In this document: piece after piece, positions 19,695 through 30,111 of the stretch
How positions within the stretch are numbered: position 1 is the stretch's first letter
Layout of the letters: each line of letters opens with the position of its first letter
From: an uncultured Chloroflexia bacterium
GTDB lineage: Bacteria > Chloroflexota > Chloroflexia > QHBQ01 > JADMIH01
Length of the DNA: 64,000 nt
Reading direction: 5' to 3'
Assembly: GCA_963797095.1 (NCBI GenBank)
Contig: CAWCNY010000002.1
Coordinates: 928,001-992,000 of the forward strand
Made by a program: the position numbers and the translations under genes
Notes under the pieces: model-generated
What the model was told of the DNA's origin: nothing
Seen by the model: the letters and a program-made list of their open reading frames with translations, nothing else
The model's database searches: none

Positions 19695-21019
19695 GTTGGT
19701 GTATTATCTTTTCTGTAAATTGGGAAATGTGGACCGGCTGAGATAGACAGCAGGTCAGGGTGTATCCTTTGAGTTGCGAAACACCAAAAGGAGGGCACCC
19801 ATGACCTACCAGCCAGATTATACGTTATCGCAGGAACTGTTGGAACGTCTCAACGAAGAAGGATTAGACGCTTTACCAGAGATGATTCGAATCGTCATTA
19901 ACTCAGCTATGCAAGCTGAGCGGCTCAAATAGTTGGGTGTTGGTGCTCCTTACGAGCGCTCTGCGGAGCGGCAGGACCAGTCCAACGGTTACAAGCCAAA
20001 GACGCTCAAGACCAGAGTGGGTGAGATTACCTTCTCTGTGCCCCAGGTGCGACAGGGCGACTTCTACCCTGGAGCCCTGGAGAAGGGACTGCGCTCGGAG
20101 CGTGCTCTCACACTGGCGTTGGCAGAGATGTACGTGCAAGGGGTCTCGACGCGCAGAGTGGCAGCCATCACCGAGAAGCTATGCGGTACCCAGGTATCCA
20201 GTGCTGCAGTGAGCCGAGCTGCCTCCCAGTTGGACGAGGTGCTGGAAGGGTGGCGCAACCGACCGCTGGGGGAGTGTCCCTACCTTATCCTGGATGCCCG
20301 TTATGAGAAGGTGAGGCAGGACGGGCAGGTGAGAGACGCTGCAGTGCTGATTGGTATTGGCATCACCCGTGCAGGGCGACGGCAACTGCTGGGAGTATCG
20401 GTATCTTTGAGCGAGTATGAGGTGCATTGGCGCACCTTCCTGCAGAGCCTGGTATCGAGGGGGCTATCAGGAGTGAGGATGATAACATCCGACGCTCATG
20501 AGGGGCTGGGGGCAGCACGCAAGGCGGTATTCGGAGGAGTGCCCTGGCAGCGGTGCCAGTTTCATCTGCAGCAGAATGCCCAGGCTTATGTTCCCCGGCA
20601 GGAGATGAAAGCTGAGGTAGCCCAGGACATTAGAGCCATCTTCTCGGCATCATCATTGGAGCAGGCCAAACAGATGCTGGACAAAGCGGTTGCGAAGTAT
20701 GAGAAGAGCGCTGCTCGCCTATCGCACTGGCTGCAAAACAACATCTTGGAAGGGTTGACCGTCTTTGCCCTCCCACAATCACAGTGGCGATCCCTTCGCA
20801 CCACCAACGGGCTGGAACGCATCAACCAGGAGGTACGCCGGCGGACCAGAGTGGTGGGGATCTTCCCCAACGAGGCGAGTTGCCTGCGCTTGGTGACGGC
20901 AGTGCTGATGGAGATCAGCGACGAATGGGAGACAGGCCGAGCTTACATGACTTTTGACTACTGATTGACCAATTTAGAGGAACACCCTGACCAATTTACA
21001 GAAAAAGGCTTGCATAATC
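19695..21019 (+). mobile_element. IS256-family insertion sequence
   Basis: Imperfect terminal IRs sharing TTTTCTGTAAATTGG. 8-bp target duplication GTTAGAGA at 19687-19694 and 21020-21027. Confidence 0.9.
19801..20964 (+). pseudogene. IS256 transposase with premature TAG at 19930
   Basis: The ATG 19801 frame continues through TAG into NGYKPK, MYVQGVSTR, LILDARYEKVR, SDAHEGL, WQRCQFH and TTNGLER. Confidence 0.88.
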
Positions 21020-21215
21020 GTTAGAGATTTCGTTGGCATTTTTTGAATATGGTCCCAAGAGCCACTACGTGTGGACGGTTCTGTTCAAAGGAAGAAGAAC
21101 TGGAAGTGCCTTCAACTCTCGGGGTTCGAAGAATGAGTATAAATACTTCCTTTGTAAAGTGTGTTATACTGGCTGTTTGGAAGCTGATAATCACTATCTG
21201 AGGAGAGGTTGTTTG

Positions 21216-21683
21216 ATGGAACGAACTCTGGTATTGCTGAAGCCGGACAGCGTGCAGCGCGGGCTGCTTGGAGAGATAATCGCTCGCTTCGAGCGCAAGG
21301 GTTTGAAGATAGTAGGGTTGAAGATGGCCGCGATCCCTGACGAGACCTGGAACGAGCATTACGCGCACCTGTCACATCTGCCCTTCTTCGGGGAGATCAA
21401 GGCGTTCATGATGCGCACGCCTGTGGTGGCCCTTTGCCTTGAGGGTGTGAATTGCGTGAACGTGGTGAGGCTGATGTGCGGGCCAACCAAGTCGTGGGAG
21501 GCCGCGCCCGGCACGATCAGGGGCGACTATGGGATGAGCATCCAGGCCAACCTCGTACACGCGTCCGATTCGGTGGAGACGGCGCAAGCCGAAGTACCGC
21601 GCTTCTTCAGCGACAGCGAGTTGTTCGATTACGACTTCCTTAAGCTGGGGTATCTGTACACGCAGAAAGAGCTTAGCGAGTAG
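21216..21683 (+). CDS. ndk: Nucleoside diphosphate kinase
   Basis: ERTLVLLKPD, PGTIRGDY, NLVHASDS. Confidence 0.96.
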   Translation: MERTLVLLKPDSVQRGLLGEIIARFERKGLKIVGLKMAAIPDETWNEHYAHLSHLPFFGEIKAFMMRTPVVALCLEGVNCVNVVRLMCGPTKSWEAAPGTIRGDYGMSIQANLVHASDSVETAQAEVPRFFSDSELFDYDFLKLGYLYTQKELSE

Positions 21684-21700
21684 TCACCCGGTTTAGAACA

Positions 21701-21733
21701 AGCAAAAATGGCGGCCCCGCCGCCATTTTTGCT
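21701..21733. terminator. Bidirectional intrinsic terminator
   Basis: AGCAAAAATGGCGG-loop-CCGCCATTTTTGCT between convergent genes. Confidence 0.85.
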
Positions 21734-21777
21734 TAGATACACCCTGTAGGTGACTGTGACTGCGACAGCCGAACCTG

Positions 21778-23298
21778 CTAGCGCTGGGCCGCGTCACAAC
21801 AGCCAGGGAAGAAGGCATTAGCCACTATCTTGCTCACCTGCCCGCGCGTGGCATTATCCGCCGAGCGGAAGTATGGTAGGTTGCCGGGCGACACACAAGG
21901 CTCTCCCGCCCCGCCGCACGGATAGCCGTTCACGATGCTCCGGCTCGATAGTCTCTCGATGAACTGGTAGAACGTGCTGCCTATCGGAACATCCTGGTAC
22001 GATTGGGTGGTATGGTTTTCGGTCCAGCCCTTCGCGTTTGCCACGATCTTGGAGATCTGCCCACGCGAGGCGTTATCATTAGGCCGGAAGTATGGTAGAT
22101 TGCCGGGCGACACACAAGGCTCTCCCCTCCCACCACATGGATAGCCATTGATGTAGCCGCGTGATGCCATCCTCTGGGTAAAGCTGTAGAAGGTGCTGCC
22201 GGGCTGCACATCCTGGAAAAGCTGGTTGCCGGGCGTGTCATTCCAGCCCGCCGAGTTGGACACCATTTTCGCCAATTGCCCTCTTGTGATCGGATTTCCA
22301 GGCCGGAAGGTGGTATCGCCATACCCGTTCACGATACCGTGACACGCCAGGTAGTAGATGAACTCGTAGTTGTAACTGCCGTACGGCACATCGCTGAACG
22401 AGCCGCAGAGCGAGGCATGAGGGCTGAAGAGGTCGGTATCTCCTACCGTAACACTGCCGTTGGCGGGCACGGTCAGGTTCCATTGTAGTCCCGCTCCCGA
22501 ATCATGGTCGGTAGTAATGATCGTATTGTTGAAGCCTGCGCCCGGAGCGGTAGTATCACCGATGGCAGCCCAGATGACGTTGTAGTAAGACTCTTCATGA
22601 GCGGCAGCGGGCACATTGGGCACGAATTGCTGGTAAAGCACCGTGCTATCGGTGCGCGTGAAATAATCGCCCACACCGCCTGTCGATGAATCGTAGTAGC
22701 CGAAGCCGGTGTCGCTACCGGCGGTATAGAGGTCGGCAGCATGGAACAGGGTGGCGGTTACGGGGGAACTTCCGCCCACCTGGGCCAACTGGAAGTCGAG
22801 ATGCACGAACTCGGCACCGTTCACATAGGTGGCGACCTGTGTGAGGCGCAAATCAGTGCTGGGCACCGACACCACGGTGGTGATCTTCCAGGGGTTGGAG
22901 GGCGAACCCGCCCCGCTCTTCGTGTTGCTCACGTTAGTGTAAGGGTTGGTATCGCGGCCTGCCGGCACATGCCCCGGCCCATATACCTTGGTTGTGCCTC
23001 CCACGTTTACCCACAGATACACGCCCTCCGCATCCTGCCCGTAGAATTGGTATTCGCTTGGGTTGCGGTAGCGGATATCCATCCGAGAGTTATCTTCTAC
23101 GGTGATGGTGAGGGGGAACCCGTAAACGATCTGGCTGCTCTCCGGAGATGACTGCTTGTCAGGTTGGGGCTTGATGAGCTGGTCGCCCTTCGATTGAGCG
23201 CTTGCGCTGCTTGCCGCCAGTAGCGCCAGGGCAGCCAGGCCCGTCAGAAAGAGGGCTACTATAGCCCGAATATTGCTGGGAGACTTTGCTTGATTCAT
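21778..23298 (-). CDS. Secreted SLH-domain protein
   Basis: Signal peptide and three C-terminal SLH repeats, two carrying GYPCGGxGEPC loops. Confidence 0.87.
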   Translation of the reverse strand: MNQAKSPSNIRAIVALFLTGLAALALLAASSASAQSKGDQLIKPQPDKQSSPESSQIVYGFPLTITVEDNSRMDIRYRNPSEYQFYGQDAEGVYLWVNVGGTTKVYGPGHVPAGRDTNPYTNVSNTKSGAGSPSNPWKITTVVSVPSTDLRLTQVATYVNGAEFVHLDFQLAQVGGSSPVTATLFHAADLYTAGSDTGFGYYDSSTGGVGDYFTRTDSTVLYQQFVPNVPAAAHEESYYNVIWAAIGDTTAPGAGFNNTIITTDHDSGAGLQWNLTVPANGSVTVGDTDLFSPHASLCGSFSDVPYGSYNYEFIYYLACHGIVNGYGDTTFRPGNPITRGQLAKMVSNSAGWNDTPGNQLFQDVQPGSTFYSFTQRMASRGYINGYPCGGRGEPCVSPGNLPYFRPNDNASRGQISKIVANAKGWTENHTTQSYQDVPIGSTFYQFIERLSSRSIVNGYPCGGAGEPCVSPGNLPYFRSADNATRGQVSKIVANAFFPGCCDAAQR

Positions 23299-23625
23299 GA
23301 TCGGTTTGCCCTTTCTTATGATAATGATCGTGCTGGTAACCATAGTCGCGGCGTGCATCTACGAGCATCAAGCCTGGCCGGAATGATCCTCGTCCTGCTA
23401 GCATTGTAGTGAAATTATCCCAGCTTAAGTAAACCTTTTTCAACAAAACGCGCTCTCCTCCATTCCGATTTGCGGAACACGCACCGCGTTCAACAGCCTG
23501 CCTATCTCACGGGAGCATGGTGTGCCGACATTTGGTATACTTGCCCCTGGCGACATTCATACGCTTGATTGTGCTGGTCCTGTACCCGTAATAGTGCGCC
23601 CGATCAGGGCAAAAGCTCTAGTAAT

Positions 23626-24363
23626 ATGAGCAAAGAGCAGGACAAAACAACAGCCGCAACCCCTACAAAACCCGAACCTGAAGACGACAAAGGCCTGGAG
23701 CGGCTGGTCTTTTTCAGCGATGCTGTCTTCGCAATCGCCATGACCCTCCTTGCCCTCGATATCCGGCTGCCGGGGCCGCCCCCAGACACCTCGGACGCCT
23801 CCATGCTCAACAGCCTGCTGGAAACAGGCCCCAAATACCTCGCCTACTTCATAAGTTTCGCGGCAATAGGCCTCTTCTGGATCGGACATAACAGGACGTT
23901 CAAGTACATCAAGTGGTACGACAATTCCCTGATATTCCTGAACCTGCTGCTGCTGATGTTCATCGGGTTCATGCCCTTCACCTCCAGTCTGCTCAGCGAC
24001 TACAGCAGCAGCCGGATCGTGCTGGTTGTCTATGCGCTTGAACTGACCGCTACGAGCATAGTATCAATACTGATCTGGTTGTACGCCGGTCGCAACGACC
24101 TGTTGATGAGAATTGGGCCTGATGGGCACCAGGCCCGCAGGAATCTCGGTGAAATTCTTTCTACTCCGATCAGCTTTGCGATTGCAGCTTTTGTTGCCTG
24201 GTGGTCGTATGCGCTTGCATGGGTGCTGTTGTGGGGTATTCTTATAGTCTCGGTAATTCACGCCATTCGCATCCGCGATTTGTCCCGGCCCCCCGATCGG
24301 CAACCAGGACAAAGCAAGCCCCCACAACAGCAAAGAAATAAGCTCGATAAGCCCGGCCCTTGA
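23626..24363 (+). CDS. TMEM175/DUF1211 family membrane protein (K+ channel-like)
   Basis: ERLVFFSDAVFAIAMTLL signature and about 6 TM segments. Confidence 0.9.
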   Translation: MSKEQDKTTAATPTKPEPEDDKGLERLVFFSDAVFAIAMTLLALDIRLPGPPPDTSDASMLNSLLETGPKYLAYFISFAAIGLFWIGHNRTFKYIKWYDNSLIFLNLLLLMFIGFMPFTSSLLSDYSSSRIVLVVYALELTATSIVSILIWLYAGRNDLLMRIGPDGHQARRNLGEILSTPISFAIAAFVAWWSYALAWVLLWGILIVSVIHAIRIRDLSRPPDRQPGQSKPPQQQRNKLDKPGP

Positions 24364-24381
24364 AGATCGGATCGGGATACC

Positions 24382-24408
24382 TGTCACAAAACCACTTGTT
24401 TACCTGTC
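24382..24408 (+). promoter_or_regulatory. ECF41-type promoter
   Basis: TGTCACA-N16-TGTC upstream of the oxidoreductase-sigJ operon, matching the ECF41 consensus TGTCACA-N16-(C/T)GTC. Confidence 0.75.
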
Positions 24409-24442
24409 TCATCCATAGAAACAACTCTTATGAGGTGAGACA

Positions 24443-25690
24443 ATGGAAACACAACAAACACAACAAACAAACGTAAACCTAGTAGTGACTGGCGCGGGCT
24501 ACGCCGGGCTGCTCGCTACGGTGCGCCTCGCGGGCAAGCTGCGCCACCGCCCCATAAAGATCACGCTGATCAACGCCTCCAACACATTCGTTGAGCGGGT
24601 GCGACTTCATCAGTTCGTGGCAGGTAGGGCGCTCAAGCAGATTTCCCTACCCAAAATCCTGCAACGCACAGGGGTCGAATTCTTGCAAGGCTATGTAACC
24701 AGGATCGACCCGTCAAATCACACCTTGACCGTGCAAACAGAGGGCGGCACTCACACGGTAAGCTACGATTACTTGCTGTACGCCCTCGGCAGTAAGGCCG
24801 ACACAGACCCTGTGCCTGGTGTGCGCGACTACGCCTACACCCTCGCGGCTACCGGCCCGCTATCCGCCGAGAAGTTACGCGAGCGCCTCCTTGCCCTCAA
24901 TAGCACTGGTGGCAACATGGTGGTGTGCGGGGGTGGTGCCACAGGCATCGAAGCAGCAGCCGAGTTCGCAGGCACATTCCCCAACATCCAGGTGCACCTT
25001 GTCACGCGGGGCACGGTCGGGGCGATGTGGAAAGCGGGTGGCGAGACAGTCACCGAGTACATCCGGCACACGCTCGAAGAGTGGGGCGTGACCATCCACG
25101 ACCGCGCCAACGTGACCGAGGTGCGCGCCAACGAGGTTTGCACAGATGCGGGCGTGCTGGCGAGCGATATCACCCTGTGGACGGGCGGGTTTGTCGTACC
25201 GTCCCTGGCGCGAGAGGCAGGACTGACGGTGAATATGCGCGGCCAGGCTCTCATCGATCCATTCTTGCGCTCGATCTCGCACCCCGACATCTTTGTCGTT
25301 GGTGACTCTGCCCAGCCGGTCGAAGAACCCGGCGCACCGTTCCGGATGAGCGCGTTCATGGCGGTCGTCACGGGCGCTCACGGAGCCGATTGCCTGAGCG
25401 CCATTTTGCAGGGCAAAACGCCAAAGCCTCTCAGCTACGCTTTTGTTGGGCAGGGTATTGCTCTAGGCCCGCACAAGGCCATCGGCTTCCTCAACTACCC
25501 GGACGATAGGCCGCGTCACCCCTACTTTACCGGGCGCGCAGGCTACGAAGTACGCGAGTTCTTCGTCCGCTATCTTGCCAGCGTCGTACCATTCGAGACG
25601 CGATGGCCTGGCTTCTTCTTCTGGCTGGGCAAAGGTCGGTATGTGGCCTCCAAGCGCCACGCACAGCAAAAAGCCCAGCTCGATACCTGA
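24443..25690 (+). CDS. NAD(P)/FAD-dependent oxidoreductase (NDH-2-like)
   Basis: GAGYAG, YDYLLYALGS, GGGATGIE, IFVVGD. Confidence 0.9.
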   Translation: METQQTQQTNVNLVVTGAGYAGLLATVRLAGKLRHRPIKITLINASNTFVERVRLHQFVAGRALKQISLPKILQRTGVEFLQGYVTRIDPSNHTLTVQTEGGTHTVSYDYLLYALGSKADTDPVPGVRDYAYTLAATGPLSAEKLRERLLALNSTGGNMVVCGGGATGIEAAAEFAGTFPNIQVHLVTRGTVGAMWKAGGETVTEYIRHTLEEWGVTIHDRANVTEVRANEVCTDAGVLASDITLWTGGFVVPSLAREAGLTVNMRGQALIDPFLRSISHPDIFVVGDSAQPVEEPGAPFRMSAFMAVVTGAHGADCLSAILQGKTPKPLSYAFVGQGIALGPHKAIGFLNYPDDRPRHPYFTGRAGYEVREFFVRYLASVVPFETRWPGFFFWLGKGRYVASKRHAQQKAQLDT

Positions 25691-25710
25691 GAATCAATAT
25701 ATAGGCTAAA

Positions 25711-26628
25711 ATGAACAATATCAAACGAATGCAAAACGGCACGTCCCGACCATCACCCATGCTGAATCCCGTTGACCAATTTGAAACCTACCGGCCCTTG
25801 ATGCTGTCCATCGCATACCGCATGCTGGGCAGCATCGCAGAGGCTGAAGACATGGTGCAAGAGACCTACCTGCGTTATCGCGCGGTGCCGCCCGACACGA
25901 TTACTTCTCACAAAGCCTTGCTCAGCACCATAGTCACACGCCTCTGCCTCAACTACCTCAACACAGCACGCGCGCAGCGCGAAACCTACATAGGGCCGTG
26001 GCTGCCGGAGCCTGTGACGACCGAAGCCGATCCTTATATCTCTGTAGCTGAAGGACCACTCTTGCACGAATCTCTTTCGATGGCGTTCCTGGTGCTGCTC
26101 GAAGAGCTCACACCACTGGAACGTGCCGTCTTTCTCCTTCGGGAAGTATTCGAGTACGAATATGCGGAGATTGCGGAAATAGTCGGCAAGGAAGAGGGCA
26201 CGTGTCGCCAGTTGTTGAGCCGGGCGAAGAAGCATATCGCGGCCAACCGCCCACGCTTCAAACCGAGCCGCGAGGCTCATCGCCGCCTGCTCGACAGGTT
26301 CCTCAAGGCTGTTAGCTTCGGCGATATGGAGGGGTTGATGCAACTGCTGCACACCGATGTAATACTGTGGGCAGACGGCGGAGGCAAGGCGCGAGGCGCT
26401 GCCACCCGCCCTGTGTATGGGCGCAACGCTGTGACCCGCTTCCTGATGGCCTCCACGCGCCTGCCCCAGGAAAGCTACACTACCGAAGTCGAGGAGATCA
26501 ACGGCGAGCCTGCTATCGTCTTGCGCACAGCCGAACAGGTCATCGTGGCGCTCTTCATTGAATCGGATGGCGAATACATCAAACACATACGAGCTATCGC
26601 CAACCCCGATAAATTGCAGCACATATAG
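25711..26628 (+). CDS. sigJ: ECF41 (SigJ-like) sigma factor with SnoaL-like C-terminal domain
   Basis: YIGPWLPEP, DGGGK and NPDKL motifs are diagnostic of ECF41. Confidence 0.9.
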   Translation: MNNIKRMQNGTSRPSPMLNPVDQFETYRPLMLSIAYRMLGSIAEAEDMVQETYLRYRAVPPDTITSHKALLSTIVTRLCLNYLNTARAQRETYIGPWLPEPVTTEADPYISVAEGPLLHESLSMAFLVLLEELTPLERAVFLLREVFEYEYAEIAEIVGKEEGTCRQLLSRAKKHIAANRPRFKPSREAHRRLLDRFLKAVSFGDMEGLMQLLHTDVILWADGGGKARGAATRPVYGRNAVTRFLMASTRLPQESYTTEVEEINGEPAIVLRTAEQVIVALFIESDGEYIKHIRAIANPDKLQHI

Positions 26629-26635
26629 GCTTTCT

Positions 26636-26677
26636 AACAAACAAAAATGGCGGCCAGGCCGCCATTTTTGTTTGTTA
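26636..26677. terminator. Bidirectional intrinsic terminator
   Basis: TAACAAACAAAAATGGCGGCC-A-GGCCGCCATTTTTGTTTGTTA; same core as the 21701 hairpin. Confidence 0.85.
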
Positions 26678-26693
26678 TGCGACTAAGTTAGAT

Positions 26694-27524
26694 TCAGACG
26701 TATTCTTCGGTGTTGGTTTCGGAGGTTTCGGTGCTATCCGCCTCTTTGCCGGCGGCGCTGCCTGTCAATATCTCACGAATCTCGTTCTGGCACCTCTCAA
26801 GCGCCTGCCTGATCTTGCGGACTGTCTCGGGGTTCTGTGCGAACGCGCCGCTCCTGAGACCACCGCCCACTGTACGCAGAAGGTCTTTGAAAGCGTCGCC
26901 CGCGAATTTAAGCTCGTACATATTCGCTCCTGAGGGTATGCGCTCGCGGAAGCGCGTCCAGAAACCCTCCACAGCGTTGTGCTGTTTGTCAAGCTCAGCG
27001 TGTCCCGCTTCTGTCAGGCTGTAGACGCGCTTCTCGCCCTCCTGCTCGGAGCGCACCAATCCCTGGTCTTCCAGCAGTTGCAGCGTCGGATAGAGGGTGC
27101 CGGGGCTGGGAGTGTAGTGCCCGCCTGTTTTCTCCTCGAGGTACTTGATGATGTCGTAGCCATGCTTGGGGCCGTCTTTGAGCACGCTCAAGATCACGTA
27201 CTTGAGCAAACCGCGCTCCAACCGCTCGCGCCCCGGGCCGAAGGGGCCAAATCCCCCAAAACCGCTGAACCCTCCTGGACCTCCTGGGCCGCCCCAGGGC
27301 CAACCGCCTTCCGCACCAAACCAGTCCTGACGCCCTCTGCCGCCTCCGCGCCCGCGACCGTGCCCCTGCCAGCGCTCCCGCTGCTGCTGCTGGTGTCTGA
27401 TGTCGCGCTCGGCGTGCCTGTGCATGCGCTCGGCATGCCTGTGAGCATTACTCCAGAAATCGTGTCCCCACGGTTCGTGAGTACTTTCGTGCTCGTGTTC
27501 ATTCGTATTGTCTGCCATTGTCAT
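26694..27524 (-). CDS. PadR-family transcriptional regulator with His/Gly-rich N-terminus
   Basis: PKHGYDIIK, PSPGTLYPTLQLLED, KRVYSLTEAG. Confidence 0.92.
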   Translation of the reverse strand: MTMADNTNEHEHESTHEPWGHDFWSNAHRHAERMHRHAERDIRHQQQQRERWQGHGRGRGGGRGRQDWFGAEGGWPWGGPGGPGGFSGFGGFGPFGPGRERLERGLLKYVILSVLKDGPKHGYDIIKYLEEKTGGHYTPSPGTLYPTLQLLEDQGLVRSEQEGEKRVYSLTEAGHAELDKQHNAVEGFWTRFRERIPSGANMYELKFAGDAFKDLLRTVGGGLRSGAFAQNPETVRKIRQALERCQNEIREILTGSAAGKEADSTETSETNTEEYV

Positions 27525-27561
27525 TCTCCTTGAATTCTTGTTTTAGGTGTGTCTTTGATAT

Positions 27562-27579
27562 ATAAAGATATATCTTTAT
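27562..27579. promoter_or_regulatory. Perfect 18-bp palindrome; candidate PadR operator
   Basis: ATAAAGATATATCTTTAT about 40 bp upstream of padR; a related AAGACGATATCTT lies at 27671. Confidence 0.6.
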
Positions 27580-27768
27580 GCTTACTATACATCAGTTTTG
27601 TGCAGTTGTCAATACCCAATTCCATACGAATCTTCACCACCCAACTTTCAACCCATTCACGAGCTTGCGCAAGACGATATCTTAGACAATTATGCCGGAT
27701 CGGGTAAAATAAGCGCATATTCTCTTTCAGCATATTCAGGCTTCGAAAGAAGTAAGGAGACATATAAC

Positions 27769-28752
27769 ATGGACAACCAAACAACCACTAAAACAATCAA
27801 GGGCATACATCATATTACCGCTATTTCAGGCGATGCCCAGCAGAACCTCGACTTCTATTCAGGCGTGCTTGGGATGCGCCTGGTGAAGCGAAGCGTAAAC
27901 CAGGACGACCCCGGCACATACCACCTCTTTTATGCAGACGCCGAAGGCCATCCTGGCACCGACCTCACCTTCTTCCCCTGGGCTAATATGCCTCGCGGGC
28001 GCAAGGGCGCGGGCCTTTCTGTCGAAGTGCAGTTGGCTATTCCTGCGGGCAGCCTCGATTATTGGACCTCAAGGCTGGCCCAATACAACGTTGACACCTC
28101 ACCTGTGGAGACCCGCTTCGGCGAGCGCGCCATCCCTTTCCGCGATCCTCACGGAATGGACCTTGCTCTCGTGGAAACCGCCGGCGACCGCCTCTTCACT
28201 CAATGGGATAATGGGCCGGTGCCGCCCGAATACCAGGTGCGCGGTCTGCATGCGGCCCGCCTCTGGGAGCGTAGCCTCGATACCACGGGCCGCTTCCTCA
28301 CTTCGGTGCTCGGCTTCGAGCAGATCGGCGAAGAAAACGGCTGGACCCGTTTCGGCGTGCAGGGTGGCGGCTCCGGCAAGTTCATAGACATCCACGAGGT
28401 GCCCGGCGAGCGCCTGGGCGAGTGGGGCGTCGGCACTGTGCACCACATCGCGTGGCGTTTGCCCGACGTAGAGCGAGAGATGGCTCTACGCGTCGATGTG
28501 ATCGCAGCGGGAGGCCACCCGACCGACCTTATAGATCGCTTCTGGTTCAAGTCGGTCTACTTTCGAGAGCCGGGCGGAGTGCTCTTCGAGTTCGCCACCG
28601 AAGGCCCCGGCTTCGGCATAGACGAGGACATGTCCAGCCTAGGTGAGCACCTGGTGCTCGCGCCCTGGCTCGAACCCTATCGAGGTGAGATCGAGGCGGC
28701 CTTACCTCCGCTCAAGATGCCTGCCGCGCAAACAGAGCCGCTCCAGGCATGA
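27769..28752 (+). CDS. Ring-cleaving dioxygenase (MhqO-like, VOC/glyoxalase superfamily)
   Basis: GIHHITAI, VNQDDPGTYHLFY, GTVHHIAW, DRFWFKSVYFREPGGVLFE; AAGGAG RBS. Confidence 0.92.
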   Translation: MDNQTTTKTIKGIHHITAISGDAQQNLDFYSGVLGMRLVKRSVNQDDPGTYHLFYADAEGHPGTDLTFFPWANMPRGRKGAGLSVEVQLAIPAGSLDYWTSRLAQYNVDTSPVETRFGERAIPFRDPHGMDLALVETAGDRLFTQWDNGPVPPEYQVRGLHAARLWERSLDTTGRFLTSVLGFEQIGEENGWTRFGVQGGGSGKFIDIHEVPGERLGEWGVGTVHHIAWRLPDVEREMALRVDVIAAGGHPTDLIDRFWFKSVYFREPGGVLFEFATEGPGFGIDEDMSSLGEHLVLAPWLEPYRGEIEAALPPLKMPAAQTEPLQA

Positions 28753-28888
28753 AAAACGCACCTATAACCCGCGAGATTGTCAAATTACACGGTGGTTCTA
28801 TACGCATTGAGGAACCGCAACACCGAGGCACGCGCCTTGTCATAACCCTTCCGCCCCTCCCCGGCGCTATTTTCAGGCATCCGACAGT

Positions 28889-29153
28889 CAGGCGGCGCTC
28901 GATCTAGTTGCCGGGCAGCACCCCGACATCATCCTCCTCGACATGAAAATGCCCGGTATGGATGGCTGGGAGTTCGCCAGGGTCTACCACCGGACATACG
29001 ACCGATGCGCCCGATCATGGTCCTCACCGCCGCCCAGGATGCTTCCGCGCGAGCAGCAGATATCAACCTCAGAGCTATCTGTCCAAGCAATTCGACCTGG
29101 ACGAGCTACTGGCGCGGATGGCTGAAATCGCCAATATGCTTGGCGACAACTGA
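28889..29153 (+). pseudogene. Degraded response-regulator receiver domain
   Basis: HPDIILLDMKMPGMDGWEF, PIMVLTAA and YLSKQFDLDELL lie in three different frames; the N-terminus is missing. Confidence 0.75.
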
Positions 29154-29159
29154 GAACGC

Positions 29160-29552
29160 TTAGAGATCGGGCACGCTTCTTCCAGCCGGATAAATCAAAT
29201 ACGCCGTCCCACCCGAAGCTTGCAGCCACAGCTTCTCAAGTTCTGCCCGCTTATAGGTGCGCTGCACAGTCTCGTTGGCGGGCGCAGCCGGGTCGTTCAC
29301 AATCGGGTTGCCCTGTGCATCGAACCCAACCAGCACTATCAGGTGCCCATTGCTCGCCGCGATAGGAGCGCCGCTCAGTTGCCCCCTCCCCCAGCTAATG
29401 CTCATGATCACGGGCACGCCTGCCTCTATCCATTTTTCCGCCTGGGACATACTCTCAAATCGAGTCACAAACGCTTCCATGCCCTGGCTTGCCGCGTAGG
29501 CTGTATTGAACGGCCAGTTGCCGTGTCCCTAATACACCCGGTCGTAATCTCG
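29160..29552 (-). pseudogene. C-terminal remnant of a peptidase C39-like protein
   Basis: DYDRVY*GHGNWPFNTAYAA...GHLIVLVGFD...VNDPA, with an in-frame TAG and no N-terminal part. Confidence 0.7.
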
Positions 29553-29796
29553 GCATTTTGCACTCAACCTTTCCTGGCAAAGCAACGTAGCGAATACGGG
29601 CGGTCCAATGCATCCTCACCGGGAGTATAACACGGCTGGGCGTTTCCCATCTGGAACTGCACACCCTATAAACATAAAACATCCCAAATCTTAGATGCAG
29701 CTTCGCATGCGTGCAATCTACCTCTAGAATAGGCAAAAATGGGGGCGAAACCTCCATTTTCGCCTATTCTAGAAAGCCCCTCCCCAAATTATGGGG

Positions 29797-29997
29797 CTTT
29801 CAAGGGTAGGTTTCTGCAAAAGGGGGTGCAGGGGTACTCCCCTGACAGGGGGAGTGATGGGGGCAGTGGGGTGTCCCCCAACTCTTTCCCCACTATTTAC
29901 TCTCCCCTCTCCCCATTTTATGGGGAGAGGGGCCGGGGGTGAGGGGTTTTAGCCTGTACTCACCGGCGGATCTTCATGGAAAACCTACCCTTGAAAG
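29797..29997. mobile_element. MITE-like element (201 bp) with perfect 17-bp TIRs
   Basis: CTTTCAAGGGTAGGTTT / AAACCTACCCTTGAAAG, flanked by AAATTATGGGG / AAATTATGGAG. Confidence 0.7.
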
Positions 29998-30111
29998 AAA
30001 TTATGGAGAGGGGTTAGGGTGGGGTCTTGGGGCATCTTGATGCTCTCCTACGCACGATTTCAAAATTCTGGATGACCCATGATCCGGTTTAGCATTCAGC
30101 CGGCACGATCA

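Noticed and set aside
19930-19932. Stop-codon recoding (in-frame TAG in the IS256 transposase and the C39 fragment)
   Set aside because: Intact genes such as ndk end in TAG, and the adh lesion is TAA. Ordinary nonsense mutations or errors explain these.
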